From: an uncultured Methanosarcinales archaeon | Lineage (GTDB): Archaea > Nanobdellota > Nanobdellia > Woesearchaeales > CAXGTL01 | Assembly: GCA_964645705.1 (NCBI GenBank) | Contig: CAZYAB010000002.1 | Coordinates: 88,155 to 152,154, forward strand | DNA length: 64,000 bases | Direction: 5' to 3' | The notes under the pieces: generated by a model | Told to the model about the DNA's origin: nothing | Seen by the model: the letters and a program-made list of their open reading frames with translations, nothing else | The model's database searches: none | Part shown: positions 54,454 to 64,000 of the stretch, piece after piece | Numbering within the stretch: the stretch's first letter is position 1 | Layout of the letters: each line of letters opens with the position of its first letter | Program-made: the position numbers and the translations under genes

Positions 54454-55582
54454 AACTTTTTATAAACTTCTCAAGATCATAATCTTTTCTTATCAAATCT
54501 TCTAAAGAAACTAAGTAAATGCCTAAACCATTGTCTTGTGCTTTTTCTGCTTCTTTTTTTGCATCATCTGAAAATGACACAGCTATCAAAAAACCATTTC
54601 CAATACTACTTTCTTCTGGTTGATTACTCACAACACCTATTAATTCTCTTACATCTTTAACACTTACTGGTTTTTCTTTGTTTTGTTTAACAGAAATACA
54701 ATACTTAGGATTATTAGCAGGATATAATCCGTCTATTCCTCCGTCCCTAGTCTTTTTAGGTGATTGTTGTGAACCTGTCATGTCGCAAAGATAATCTTGA
54801 TATTCTAATGGATGCAGTCTTAATAATCTTTTCATGTTTAGTTTTGCTCTTCTTATCTCTAGGTCAAGTCCATAGTCCAATGATTTGATTTGTTTTTTTA
54901 GATTGTCGCATTTTTCAGAATAAATATTAATTGCAACACCCTTTCTGCCTAGTCTAAGAACAGTTTCAATAAATTGAATATCACCGCACATAGGATCAAC
55001 TACTTTTTGTCCTTTATTTGAACTGAGCAATGTTATTATTTCATATAAAGTAGGTATGTCTACATCCCAAACATCTCCTGTTTTTTTTAGATCATATTTT
55101 GATAAGATGTTTTTATTATAAACAACCTTGTTTTTATCTTTTCTTCTGTCTAGTTTAACATAACAATGTATTACATCATGTCCTGTGTGGGGTTTGTCAG
55201 GCCTTGGTAAAATAATTCTATTTCTGTAATTCCTCTTATCAAAAACTTTGTCTGTTACTAATTTGATTTCTTCTGCAAAATCTTCACAATGAACATAATA
55301 AGTTCCGCCTGTTCTTAATCCTATTCTAAATTGTCTTGCTCTTTCCATGTACCAGTCTAAGTATGGTTCAATATCTCCTTTGTCCAGTGCTTTGAAAACC
55401 TTTTCAGATAATTCATCATATGGATAATCTTGTTTGTATGTGTGAGGAGGATTTGCATATATTAGATTGATACCTTTTCTATTGTCTCCTGCTGGAAAAT
55501 ATTGTCTAAGAACATCAATACAGTCTCCGCAATTGATTATGTGTTTTTGTGTTTTTGGTTTTCTTTGTCTTCTATTTCCCAT
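54443..55582 (-). CDS. Degenerate N4/N6 DNA methyltransferase-like domain fused to an Mrr-like PD-(D/E)XK endonuclease domain
   Basis: GDC..VL, LIYANPPH, GDVW and VVDPMCG motifs, then DGGIDG...ISVKQ...VRELIG...FS..A. Confidence 0.7.
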   Translation of the reverse strand: MGNRRQRKPKTQKHIINCGDCIDVLRQYFPAGDNRKGINLIYANPPHTYKQDYPYDELSEKVFKALDKGDIEPYLDWYMERARQFRIGLRTGGTYYVHCEDFAEEIKLVTDKVFDKRNYRNRIILPRPDKPHTGHDVIHCYVKLDRRKDKNKVVYNKNILSKYDLKKTGDVWDVDIPTLYEIITLLSSNKGQKVVDPMCGDIQFIETVLRLGRKGVAINIYSEKCDNLKKQIKSLDYGLDLEIRRAKLNMKRLLRLHPLEYQDYLCDMTGSQQSPKKTRDGGIDGLYPANNPKYCISVKQNKEKPVSVKDVRELIGVVSNQPEESSIGNGFLIAVSFSDDAKKEAEKAQDNGLGIYLVSLEDLIRKDYDLEKFIKSSNN

Positions 55583-55717
55583 TACTCAGAGGGTGTGTTG
55601 CTATATATATAAATATTCATAGACTGTAGAATAGAGAATATAAATGTTTATAAATTAGAAAACCCTCCTGAGTAAAAAAGTAGTTCTTATAATAATAATC
55701 ACGAGGCGAACGTAAAA

Positions 55718-56869
55718 ATGGAAATAAATCAAATGTACTGGGAATTTGGAATGATTCATAAAATTGGATTGAGTTTACAAGAAGGGCATGTTCATGTAAA
55801 AGAGATTGTAGATACAATAGATCAAAGAATTTCTGATTCAAAAAAGGAGTATGAATCATTTTCAAAAGAAAAATCAGATGAATTATCTAGGTGTGAAAGT
55901 TCAATAGAAAAAATAACTAAAGATTTTAAGAGGTTTTATCTTCATTCGTTAATTCCATTATTTGAAGTAGCTTATGATATTTTAAAGAATTATCCAGATC
56001 AAGAATATTTTTTAACACAAAACAAAAGAAATTTGGATGAAAGAAATAATGATTATAATGAACCAAAATATATCTTCTATTTCTTGTCTAATAAAGTGGG
56101 TACAGGAATATTTTCTAGGAAATCTGAAGTGCCTAATGATAAGTTAGAACCTGTTATTTATGATGTAACTGATAAAGTACTTATGCCTATAGAGTTAATA
56201 GCACAATTTGGAAAAAAAGAAGAGAGTGTTGACCTAGCATATTCTAGGCTTATTTCTTTTATCAAAGAAAACATTTCTAAAGTTGAATTAAGTGATGAAA
56301 TAAATAATAATTTTGAAGAAATTTATAATAAGGAACAACAATTACAAAAAGATATTGAAGATAATAAACAAAGAACTATAGAGATAAATAAAGAAATAAA
56401 AGATTCAAAACAACAACATGATTTGTTTTTGGAACAGGAATTAAAAGAAATGTCACAATACAAAGAATTATTGCCACAAGAGGAGCACCAGGCTGAGAAA
56501 CATTATCTTCGTTCATTGTCTCAACTTTATGAAATTTCATGTTATATAATTGATAATTTATCTAATTTTGAGGATTATGCTTTAACACAAAGACAGATTT
56601 CTATAGAAGAGAGAGGAGGGAATATTTCAAAACCTAATTTCGCAACTTATCATTTGTCTAAGAAATATGTAACAAAATTATTTAAACATATGTTTGGACT
56701 AAGTATGGCTGAAAAAAAACCACAAAATCATGGTGATGAATCAATAACAATTTTGGAATTAATAGCAGAAATAGGAATAGAAGAGGAAAATGTTAAAGAA
56801 ACTTATGATCGATTAATTGCTCTGATTCAAGAAAATATACAGGAAATAGAAAAAAACAAAAAACCTTAA
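55718..56869 (+). CDS. Hypothetical protein with an internally duplicated coiled-coil plus globular unit
   Basis: LTQ...ER....P...LS.K...ELIA..G..EE.V...Y.RLI..I.ENI occurs twice. Confidence 0.7.
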   Translation: MEINQMYWEFGMIHKIGLSLQEGHVHVKEIVDTIDQRISDSKKEYESFSKEKSDELSRCESSIEKITKDFKRFYLHSLIPLFEVAYDILKNYPDQEYFLTQNKRNLDERNNDYNEPKYIFYFLSNKVGTGIFSRKSEVPNDKLEPVIYDVTDKVLMPIELIAQFGKKEESVDLAYSRLISFIKENISKVELSDEINNNFEEIYNKEQQLQKDIEDNKQRTIEINKEIKDSKQQHDLFLEQELKEMSQYKELLPQEEHQAEKHYLRSLSQLYEISCYIIDNLSNFEDYALTQRQISIEERGGNISKPNFATYHLSKKYVTKLFKHMFGLSMAEKKPQNHGDESITILELIAEIGIEEENVKETYDRLIALIQENIQEIEKNKKP

Positions 56870-57300
56870 CTAACTTCCAAAACCTTAATATTAAAAGTCA
56901 GATTCTTTCCAGCCAAAGGATGATTCAGATCAATTGTAACTTCTGTTTCACCGATTTCAACAATCTTAGCAGGAAACTGTCTTCCGTCTTGTGACGCAAA
57001 CATTAACATCATTCCTGGCTTTGGTTCTGGTTCTTTTGGTAATTTATCTTTTGGTAGTTTTTGAATTAATTTAGGATTAGAATGTCCATAAGCTTGTTCA
57101 GGTGTTAGTTTGAATGTCTTTTCTTCACCTTTTTCCATGCCAATTACAGCTTCATCAAACCCTTTTATAACTTTTCCAGCACCAACTTCAAATTCCAAAG
57201 GATGAGAATGATCACCATGCTTTGATGAGTCAAATACTGTTCCATCATCTAGTTTACCTTCATAATCAAGTTTTACTTTATCGCCTTTCTTAATTGCCAT
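56866..57300 (-). CDS. FKBP-type peptidyl-prolyl isomerase (SlyD-like)
   Basis: DGTVFDSS, VIKGFDEA and IDLNHPLAGKNLTF motifs. Confidence 0.93.
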   Translation of the reverse strand: MAIKKGDKVKLDYEGKLDDGTVFDSSKHGDHSHPLEFEVGAGKVIKGFDEAVIGMEKGEEKTFKLTPEQAYGHSNPKLIQKLPKDKLPKEPEPKPGMMLMFASQDGRQFPAKIVEIGETEVTIDLNHPLAGKNLTFNIKVLEVS

Positions 57301-57387
57301 ATTGTTTTGCCTCCTATATAAGTTATTTATCTGAATAATTTGTGTCGCTTTATAAGCCTTTGTGTTGTTTTTATATATAGAATTAGT

Positions 57388-57630
57388 TTATTTTACTTTT
57401 TCATAACATCTACTTCTCATATAATCATCAGAAATAAGATTACATATTGTTTCATCTTGTTCTAGTTCAGCTAAATCAGTCAAACAATCAGCTCTTTCAA
57501 CATAATTATTTAGACTAAGACAATTATTGATTTGAACTTGAGAAATATCAGTCACAATTTCGCCTGTATAACCAGGATAACAACCTGTTAAAAACAAAGT
57601 ACAAATCATTAAAATTATTATCATTTTCAT
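57388..57630 (-). CDS. Small cysteine-containing lipoprotein
   Basis: Lipobox FLTGC and four downstream Cys. Confidence 0.65.
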   Translation of the reverse strand: MKMIIILMICTLFLTGCYPGYTGEIVTDISQVQINNCLSLNNYVERADCLTDLAELEQDETICNLISDDYMRSRCYEKVK

Positions 57631-57722
57631 TCTTTACAATATGGTAAAAATCATCATTAATAAATTAATTTAATATGAATCCGGAAGAATCACGGAGGCA
57701 CAATTCTTCAAAAAACAAGAAA

Positions 57723-59231
57723 TCACACCAACATATACGGTTGCAGACCTAGTTCAGAATCAGTTGTCACATTTAATTTTAATTCATTCAATCCTGCTTC
57801 ATCACCATGCTTAGGAATATGTGTTAAATGCAGATTAAGATTTTCTAATTTGTTCAAATTATTTATTGCACGTTTCATATAAGCGTTATTACGCGCACCA
57901 ATTGCCAACAATATCAAAATTTCTTCAACATTCAAAGAAGCAGACAAATAACCAAACTTTTTTTTATATTTAATCATCTGTTTTATCAGATACTTTGGCA
58001 ATAACTTCTTTTTTTTAGGAATGCCTGACATTTTTTTAAGTGCTTTTAATATCACTGCTGATTCTGCATGCAGTAGATGAGAATTATGTGCTTTGATAAT
58101 TTTTCCACTAGGGAGTTCAATAGCAGCACCGCAATATACACCTTTGTTACCTTCTTTATTTTTTTCTGTTTGTTTTCTGGCTTGTCTGGATTTTTTGATC
58201 AATGGATATATTTTTTCACTAACTTTTGCTTTTTTCATGATAAGTTTTATTTGGTCAATTGTTTCTTGTGTTTCAATTCCTAGTACAAATTCTTGTTTAT
58301 ATCGAAGATATCTTCTTACTATCTCTTGTTTTGATTTTTGTCTTATCACCTTATCATTTATAATACCTTGTTTTGCCATGTTCACACCCATGTCAGTCGG
58401 AGAATTATATTTGTTGACAAAATTTTCAGTTTTTGTGATTGATTTCATGATCCTTTTTAAAATATAAAAATTTTCAATATCTCTGTTATAATTCACAGCT
58501 TTTTTTTTATATTTTTTTAGGTGGTAAGGATCAATCATATTAACATCTTTTAGATCAGCTGTAGCAGCTTCATAAGCAATATTAACTTCATGATTAAGTG
58601 CAAGGTTCCAGATAGGAAATGTTTCAAACTTAGCATATCCTGCATTGATGTTTCTTTTTTGTTCATGATACAACTGTGTAAGACACACAGCCATTTTACC
58701 ACTTCCGCCACCAGTACCTGTCACAATGATTAAAGGCTGTTTTGTTTTGATGTATGGTCGTTTGTTAAATCCTTTTAATGATTTTTTTATGTTCTTGGGA
58801 TAACCAGGTATATCATGATAAACATATACTTTATTCCCTGCATTTTCTAATTTTCTTTTGAACCTGATTGCCAGATTTTCATTTTCATACCTAGTTATTA
58901 CTATTGCACACACTTTAAGTCCTTTTTCTCTTATTTCACTTATTTCTTTTATTGCTTGCAGATCATATGTCAATCCAAAATCATGCCTGATTCTTCCTTT
59001 TTGAATATCTTTTGCACTTATACAATAAATTATTTCAAGATTCTTTAGATTCTTAAGAAGTTGCACTTTTGCATCAGGTTCATATCCTGGTAGAACTCTT
59101 TGCGCATGTCTATCATATAATAATTTTCCACCAAACTCAAGATAAAGCTTTTTATCGAACTTAGCCAATCTTTGTTTTATTTCCTGTGTTTGATGTTTAA
59201 GATACTTTTTTGTGTCAAAACCTCTTTTCAT
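57723..59231 (-). CDS. DUF1846 (UPF0371) family protein
   Basis: KLYLEFGGKL, HAQRVLPG, GSGKMA.CL and GYAKFETFPIWN motifs. Confidence 0.9.
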   Translation of the reverse strand: MKRGFDTKKYLKHQTQEIKQRLAKFDKKLYLEFGGKLLYDRHAQRVLPGYEPDAKVQLLKNLKNLEIIYCISAKDIQKGRIRHDFGLTYDLQAIKEISEIREKGLKVCAIVITRYENENLAIRFKRKLENAGNKVYVYHDIPGYPKNIKKSLKGFNKRPYIKTKQPLIIVTGTGGGSGKMAVCLTQLYHEQKRNINAGYAKFETFPIWNLALNHEVNIAYEAATADLKDVNMIDPYHLKKYKKKAVNYNRDIENFYILKRIMKSITKTENFVNKYNSPTDMGVNMAKQGIINDKVIRQKSKQEIVRRYLRYKQEFVLGIETQETIDQIKLIMKKAKVSEKIYPLIKKSRQARKQTEKNKEGNKGVYCGAAIELPSGKIIKAHNSHLLHAESAVILKALKKMSGIPKKKKLLPKYLIKQMIKYKKKFGYLSASLNVEEILILLAIGARNNAYMKRAINNLNKLENLNLHLTHIPKHGDEAGLNELKLNVTTDSELGLQPYMLV

Positions 59232-59342
59232 AATAACATAAATAAAGAAAATAGTTTATATACCTTTCTGTTTGTATTTAGAAATTTATAATAGTTTTGG
59301 TTTATTTATTGACTTCCAATTCATCAAAAAACTGTTCAACTA

Positions 59343-59948
59343 TTAACATTTTACCTTCTTGCCTTCATCAAATCTCCATACATTACCAACAAACTCTAAT
59401 CCATCATTGTAAATAATTGCAGAATTGTTTTCTAAACCATATATTAGTCTGTCTTCAGACATGGGTAGAAGAAATCTGTCAAACTTTTCTTCATAATGAG
59501 CTTTTACCCAGAAATTTACCATACCAATCATTGGCATAATCGAAACATCGTCTCTTAATTTAAGATATTCAGGACACATTACATATGCTCCTGCACTATT
59601 CCCAGACACAATTCCTGGAAAACCTTTTATCATATTAACTAAACTATGCTCTTTAATCTTTTGCATTAATTTTTCTGTTTTACCACCAGGCAAATAAAGA
59701 AGGTCCACAAGATCAAACAATAAATAATTAGGATTATCATCTGAAAAAAACCAAACATTCTCAGCACCTAACTCTTTAAAATAATTTTTAAAAAACTCTT
59801 CTTTTTTTTTTAATTTGCCTTTATCATCAAAAGTTAGATTCAAAACCAGAACATTATTATCTTCAGATTCATCAATAACTCTTTTATCTAGATCTTTTAA
59901 TCCGCCTGTTGACGTGTGTCCTGATAATAAAAATATTTTTCTAGGCAT
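59343..59948 (-). CDS. Peptidase E (S51) / type 1 glutamine amidotransferase-like protein
   Basis: LYLPGG, GNSAGA, HY and GLE motifs. Confidence 0.85.
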   Translation of the reverse strand: MPRKIFLLSGHTSTGGLKDLDKRVIDESEDNNVLVLNLTFDDKGKLKKKEEFFKNYFKELGAENVWFFSDDNPNYLLFDLVDLLYLPGGKTEKLMQKIKEHSLVNMIKGFPGIVSGNSAGAYVMCPEYLKLRDDVSIMPMIGMVNFWVKAHYEEKFDRFLLPMSEDRLIYGLENNSAIIYNDGLEFVGNVWRFDEGKKVKC

Positions 59949-59949
59949 T

Positions 59950-60306
59950 TTAATTATACTTCATAACCAACTTACAAACCAAACCAGGCATTGAATTATG
60001 CTCTGCACCAGTATCACAAATATTTTCTATTATGCTCTTTAGTTTTGCTTTACCATTTCTTTGATGACTCTTGCCATTGCCTTTTGCACTATATCCATTC
60101 CTATACTTAGGTATTCTTAAACCAAATTTTCTAAACTTTTTTGCATAATATTGGGCTTGATCTACTAAACCTAATTTAATAGCATCGTCTATTACTTTTC
60201 TTGCTACTTTTGGTTCACCATCAGGCAATCTTTCTCCTCTTGTTCTGTAATCTGCAATAATACTTAGTTCAGCACTTAGTCTATTCTTTATAGTATATTC
60301 ATCCAT
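59950..60306 (-). CDS. Hypothetical protein
   Basis: GGAGGG RBS before ATG 60306. Confidence 0.6.
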   Translation of the reverse strand: MDEYTIKNRLSAELSIIADYRTRGERLPDGEPKVARKVIDDAIKLGLVDQAQYYAKKFRKFGLRIPKYRNGYSAKGNGKSHQRNGKAKLKSIIENICDTGAEHNSMPGLVCKLVMKYN

Positions 60307-60447
60307 TTTAACATCCCTCCAATCTATCACAGAACTCTTTTATTATATATATGGAAAGATTTCATCATATATAAATCTTTACTATAAAACATATATATTT
60401 AAAAACAGAACAAAAATCCCATATATAAACTAATAAGGTGATATAAA

Positions 60448-60717
60448 ATGTCAGAAGAAAACACATACTATGTAACAACTGAAAACAAAGACGGACATAC
60501 TTCTGTAACAAATTTAGGATCAGAAGAAAATTTCCACGATTGGTACAACAGAAAGATGACGCATCTTTCTGAAACGCGTAACTCAGATGTATACCAAATA
60601 TTATACCGCGGTAATGATGAAAAAAAAGCAATAGCAGCTCGCGACAGACGCAGAACAATTAAACCTAATCATGATGAAGAAGACGATGATGATCTAGAAG
60701 ATATTGTTGAAGAATAA
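60448..60717 (+). CDS. Hypothetical protein with acidic tail
   Basis: AGGTGA RBS; 89 aa. Confidence 0.65.
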   Translation: MSEENTYYVTTENKDGHTSVTNLGSEENFHDWYNRKMTHLSETRNSDVYQILYRGNDEKKAIAARDRRRTIKPNHDEEDDDDLEDIVEE

Positions 60718-60815
60718 TCTGCAACACCAAAATTCTTACTATTTAACATAACTTCTATCAAAATTAAACCTATGACCAACCTTTATATATAACCATTACT
60801 AAAGTAATAATTACA

Positions 60816-62075
60816 ATGAAAAAAACAATAATATTCGGACTATTACTAACTATTTTTTTATTTGGATGTACTTCAGAATTTAAAACAATGGATGATACAC
60901 AAGCAACTTCATCAGGTGTTGAACAAGTTGTAAATGCCAACAATCAGTTTGCTTTTGACATGTACAATAAAATAGATAATGATAAAAATGTATTCTTTTC
61001 ACCTTATTCAATATCAACTGCACTTGCAATGACATACGAAGGTGCAAATGGTCAGACAAAAGAAGAAATAAAAAATGTTTTCTATTTTCCAGATGATCAA
61101 ACACTAAGATCGTCTAATGCAAGAATATATAATCTAATAAACAAAGACAATAAAAAATACGAGCTCAATACAGCAAACGCATTATGGGCTCAGAAAGATT
61201 ATGATTTCCTTCCCACTTATTTCAACACTATTGAAAATTATTATGGTGGTAAAGTAACTAATCTAGACTTTGTTACACAAACAGAAGAATCAAGACAAAC
61301 AATAAACAAATGGGTAGAAGATCAAACAAATGATAAGATAAAGAATTTAATAGAAAAAGGAATGTTAAATGCAATGACAAGATTAGTATTAACAAATGCA
61401 ATATATTTCAAAGGAACATGGGAATGGGAATTTGACAAATCAGATACAAGCAACCAAGACTTTAAGATAACTTCTGACAATGTTGTAAAAACTCCAATGA
61501 TGTTTATGGAACCTGACAAAGCCAGGTTTAATTATGCAAATTTAGAAAAATTACAAATCCTAGAATTACCTTACAAAGGTAATGATATTTCAATGTTAAT
61601 ATTATTACCAAAACAAGGACCAGAATATGATTTTGACAATGATAAAATGATAACTCATGATTATACTCTTAAAGATATAGAATTATCTTCTGAAAAACTC
61701 AAAGAATACAGATCACAAATGAAAGAAACAAAATTAGACGCAATATATCTTCCTAAGTTTGAGTTTGACACAAAATATCTCCTGAATAATGCATTAAAAA
61801 GTTTAGGAATGCCGACTGCTTTTTCAATGGATGCTGACTTTTCAGGCATGGATGGAACAAAAGATTTGTTTATCTCAAATGTTATACATCAAGCATTTGT
61901 CAAGGTTGATGAAAAAGGAACAGAAGCAGCTGCTGCAACAGCAGTTACAATGGAGTTAAAATCAGCAATGCCAACAAACATATTCAGGGCAGATCATCCG
62001 TTCATCTTCATTATACAAGAAAGATCAACAGGAAATATCTTGTTTATGGGTAAGGTAGTGGATCCGACTATTTAA
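60816..62075 (+). CDS. Serpin, lipoprotein-anchored
   Basis: Lipobox FLFGC; NVFFSPYSI, NAIYFKGTW, hinge EKGTEAAAAT and FRADHPF motifs. Confidence 0.95.
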   Translation: MKKTIIFGLLLTIFLFGCTSEFKTMDDTQATSSGVEQVVNANNQFAFDMYNKIDNDKNVFFSPYSISTALAMTYEGANGQTKEEIKNVFYFPDDQTLRSSNARIYNLINKDNKKYELNTANALWAQKDYDFLPTYFNTIENYYGGKVTNLDFVTQTEESRQTINKWVEDQTNDKIKNLIEKGMLNAMTRLVLTNAIYFKGTWEWEFDKSDTSNQDFKITSDNVVKTPMMFMEPDKARFNYANLEKLQILELPYKGNDISMLILLPKQGPEYDFDNDKMITHDYTLKDIELSSEKLKEYRSQMKETKLDAIYLPKFEFDTKYLLNNALKSLGMPTAFSMDADFSGMDGTKDLFISNVIHQAFVKVDEKGTEAAAATAVTMELKSAMPTNIFRADHPFIFIIQERSTGNILFMGKVVDPTI

Positions 62076-62404
62076 AGTCTCAATGTATTGACATAATTAA
62101 TCATCATCAATACTAAGTCTTTTTTATCATCTTTAACAGTCGGATGTATGTCTTGAAAATAACATATCAATGTTTCATACTTATCAGATAGTTGTTCCAT
62201 ATCTTTTATTTTATTCCTGAGTTCATTAAGAAGAAATTGTTCAGGCTTATCAAGATCATCTTTCCAAACATGTTTATTAATAAAGTCATAAAGTACTAAA
62301 GGATCTTTCATTGTCTCATTCATATAAGAAAAAGTAAGTGGAAAAGAATTTATAAGTTTATAGATTTTATTTAAGCTGGTTTTCAGAATTAAGATTCTCA
62401 GCAA
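62072..62404 (-). CDS. Hypothetical protein
   Basis: ORF; the real start is probably an internal Met (MNETMK). Confidence 0.45.
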   Translation of the reverse strand: MLRILILKTSLNKIYKLINSFPLTFSYMNETMKDPLVLYDFINKHVWKDDLDKPEQFLLNELRNKIKDMEQLSDKYETLICYFQDIHPTVKDDKKDLVLMMINYVNTLRL

Positions 62405-62690
62405 AAGTTCTTAATTCTCTTGCTAAATCATATTCTTTGTTCATTTCTTTACTATGGGCCATTTGTTTTAATTCTCTTGCCATAAGATATACACTAATTT
62501 TTCTATTATTCTTAGGATTATCAGCTCCTGCAATATCATTAACGCACTCAACAAAATCATTTCTAAGTTCTTCATAACCAACTTCAAAGTTAGAATCTGG
62601 CATATCATACATGTTTTTAAGAGCTTCAAGATGTATATTTGCAGCAGAGATAATTTTTGAGTCTAATATCCTTGTTTCTAGTTCAGTCAT
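62367..62690 (-). CDS. Hypothetical protein
   Basis: 107 aa with a GGGG-type RBS. Confidence 0.6.
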   Translation of the reverse strand: MTELETRILDSKIISAANIHLEALKNMYDMPDSNFEVGYEELRNDFVECVNDIAGADNPKNNRKISVYLMARELKQMAHSKEMNKEYDLARELRTFAENLNSENQLK

Positions 62691-62811
62691 TTTTATAAAC
62701 CCCTAATATAAAATAGAAACCAACCCATATTTATAAGCATTTCTATTATATCACTACTATATAGAGGTCATATGCCCAAGATTTATATAGTAAAAAATCC
62801 TTCCTAAGTAT

Positions 62812-63315
62812 ATGATGATAGTAAAACAACTATTAAAAGAAAAATACATACTAGATATAGAACCAGCAGAACCATGGAAAATACCTAGAATAAATTACTC
62901 ATTATTCACAAAACAATCAAGAAAACAAGTAAAATCATGCATAAATCATCTAGTAGATTATATAACACATTATTATTTGTTAGGAGAATTCCCAGATGAA
63001 GAAACAAAAGATGATTGGGTAGATGAAATGGAAGACAAGTATGGTAAAGAAATGAAACAAGAGATAAATAAAAACCCATTAAAAGGAAACATGATCTATG
63101 GTATTAAAACTCTTATGATTGCTAATTTCAGAGAAAATAATTATCAAGATTATATTGGAGAAAATAAACAAAGATTCATAAAACTAACAGAAAATGCAAT
63201 ACAATCATGCAACCTAAAAAAATACACTGAATTAGAATCAATAGATGAAAAAATAGATCTTGTATATAATATAAAACAAAACATTTATTCTTTGTTAAAA
63301 TTTCTTTCTTGCTAA
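62812..63315 (+). CDS. Hypothetical protein
   Basis: 167 aa; TTTATATA about 25-30 nt upstream. Confidence 0.6.
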   Translation: MMIVKQLLKEKYILDIEPAEPWKIPRINYSLFTKQSRKQVKSCINHLVDYITHYYLLGEFPDEETKDDWVDEMEDKYGKEMKQEINKNPLKGNMIYGIKTLMIANFRENNYQDYIGENKQRFIKLTENAIQSCNLKKYTELESIDEKIDLVYNIKQNIYSLLKFLSC

Positions 63316-64000
63316 TACCTATAGTGTTCTGGTTTATAAGGACCTTGTACTTTTACACCAATATAAGCAGCTTGTTCTGGTGTTAATTCAGTTAACTTAG
63401 CACCAAGTTTATCAAGATGTAAACGCGCAACTTCTTCATCAAGTTCTTTACTAATCATATAAACTCCAACCTTTCTATCAACATTCTTTGCAATGTCAAT
63501 CTGCGCAAGTATTTGATTGGTGAATGAATTGCTCATTACAAATGAAGGATGTCCAGTTGCACAACCTAAATTAACAAGCCTACCTTCTGCTAACAAATAA
63601 ATTGAATGTCCGTCAGGAAAAGTAAACCTATGAACAGGACAAAAACTTCCTTTTATTTCTTCCTTAACAACACCGGGCCATTTTTCTAATCCAGCAACAT
63701 CAATTTCATTATCAAAATGTCCTATGTTACACACTATTGCTTGGTCTTTCATCTTACTCATGTGCTCTGCAGTTATAATATTATAATTACCAGTTGCAGT
63801 TACATAAATATCAGCTTCAGCAAGAGCATCTTCAACCTTACAAACCTTGTAACCAGCCATGCACGCTTGCAATGCGCATATTGGATCAATCTCAGAAACC
63901 AAGACTTTTGCTTTTTCATTTTTCATTGACTCTGCACTACCTTTACCAACATCACCATAACCACATACCATTGCAGTTTTACCAGAAATAAGTACATCCA
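63312..64000 (-). CDS. ahcY: Adenosylhomocysteinase, 5'-truncated by the window edge
   Basis: [28 protein letters not shown] and [18 protein letters not shown] motifs; frame open to the window end. Confidence 0.97.
   Translation of the reverse strand, partial: DVLISGKTAMVCGYGDVGKGSAESMKNEKAKVLVSEIDPICALQACMAGYKVCKVEDALAEADIYVTATGNYNIITAEHMSKMKDQAIVCNIGHFDNEIDVAGLEKWPGVVKEEIKGSFCPVHRFTFPDGHSIYLLAEGRLVNLGCATGHPSFVMSNSFTNQILAQIDIAKNVDRKVGVYMISKELDEEVARLHLDKLGAKLTELTPEQAAYIGVKVQGPYKPEHYRY

Noticed and set aside
57684..57709. Small hairpin GAAGAAT...ATTCTTC downstream of the DUF1846 gene as an ncRNA or SECIS element
   Set aside because: It has only a 7-bp stem, no recognisable family, and no in-frame UGA gene nearby.

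Overview
AT-rich (roughly 30% GC by eye) archaeal genomic DNA. Archaeal markers are aCPSF1/FttA next to a 20S proteasome beta subunit, an archaeal/eukaryotic-type ProRS, TATA-like promoters and GGTGA/GGAGG ribosome-binding sites. A DPANN (Woesearchaeota-like) source is inferred, not proven. About 2.3-34.9 kb is an almost entirely + strand accessory island, punctuated by divergent AbrB-PhoU-like regulators. Its centrepiece (6.5-15.1 kb) is a pupylation-like locus. It encodes an ARC/Mpa-type AAA ATPase, a Dop-like enzyme fused to two LRR modules, an unannotated 56-aa Pup/UBact-like tag ending YKQTSAE (11138..11308), a probably catalytically dead PafA/Dop paralog and an intact PafA-like ligase. 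No proteasome genes lie in the locus. A conserved palindrome plus TATA-like promoter module occurs five times and links this operon to the regulators. Downstream are orphan receiver proteins, a membrane Ser/Thr kinase whose repeated ectodomain is shared with neighbouring membrane proteins, a secreted caspase-fold-like protein and a tightly packed small-gene array with repeated junctions. From 34.9 to 64 kb the window is mostly housekeeping, transport and envelope genes. No rRNA, tRNA, CRISPR array or transposase was recognised.
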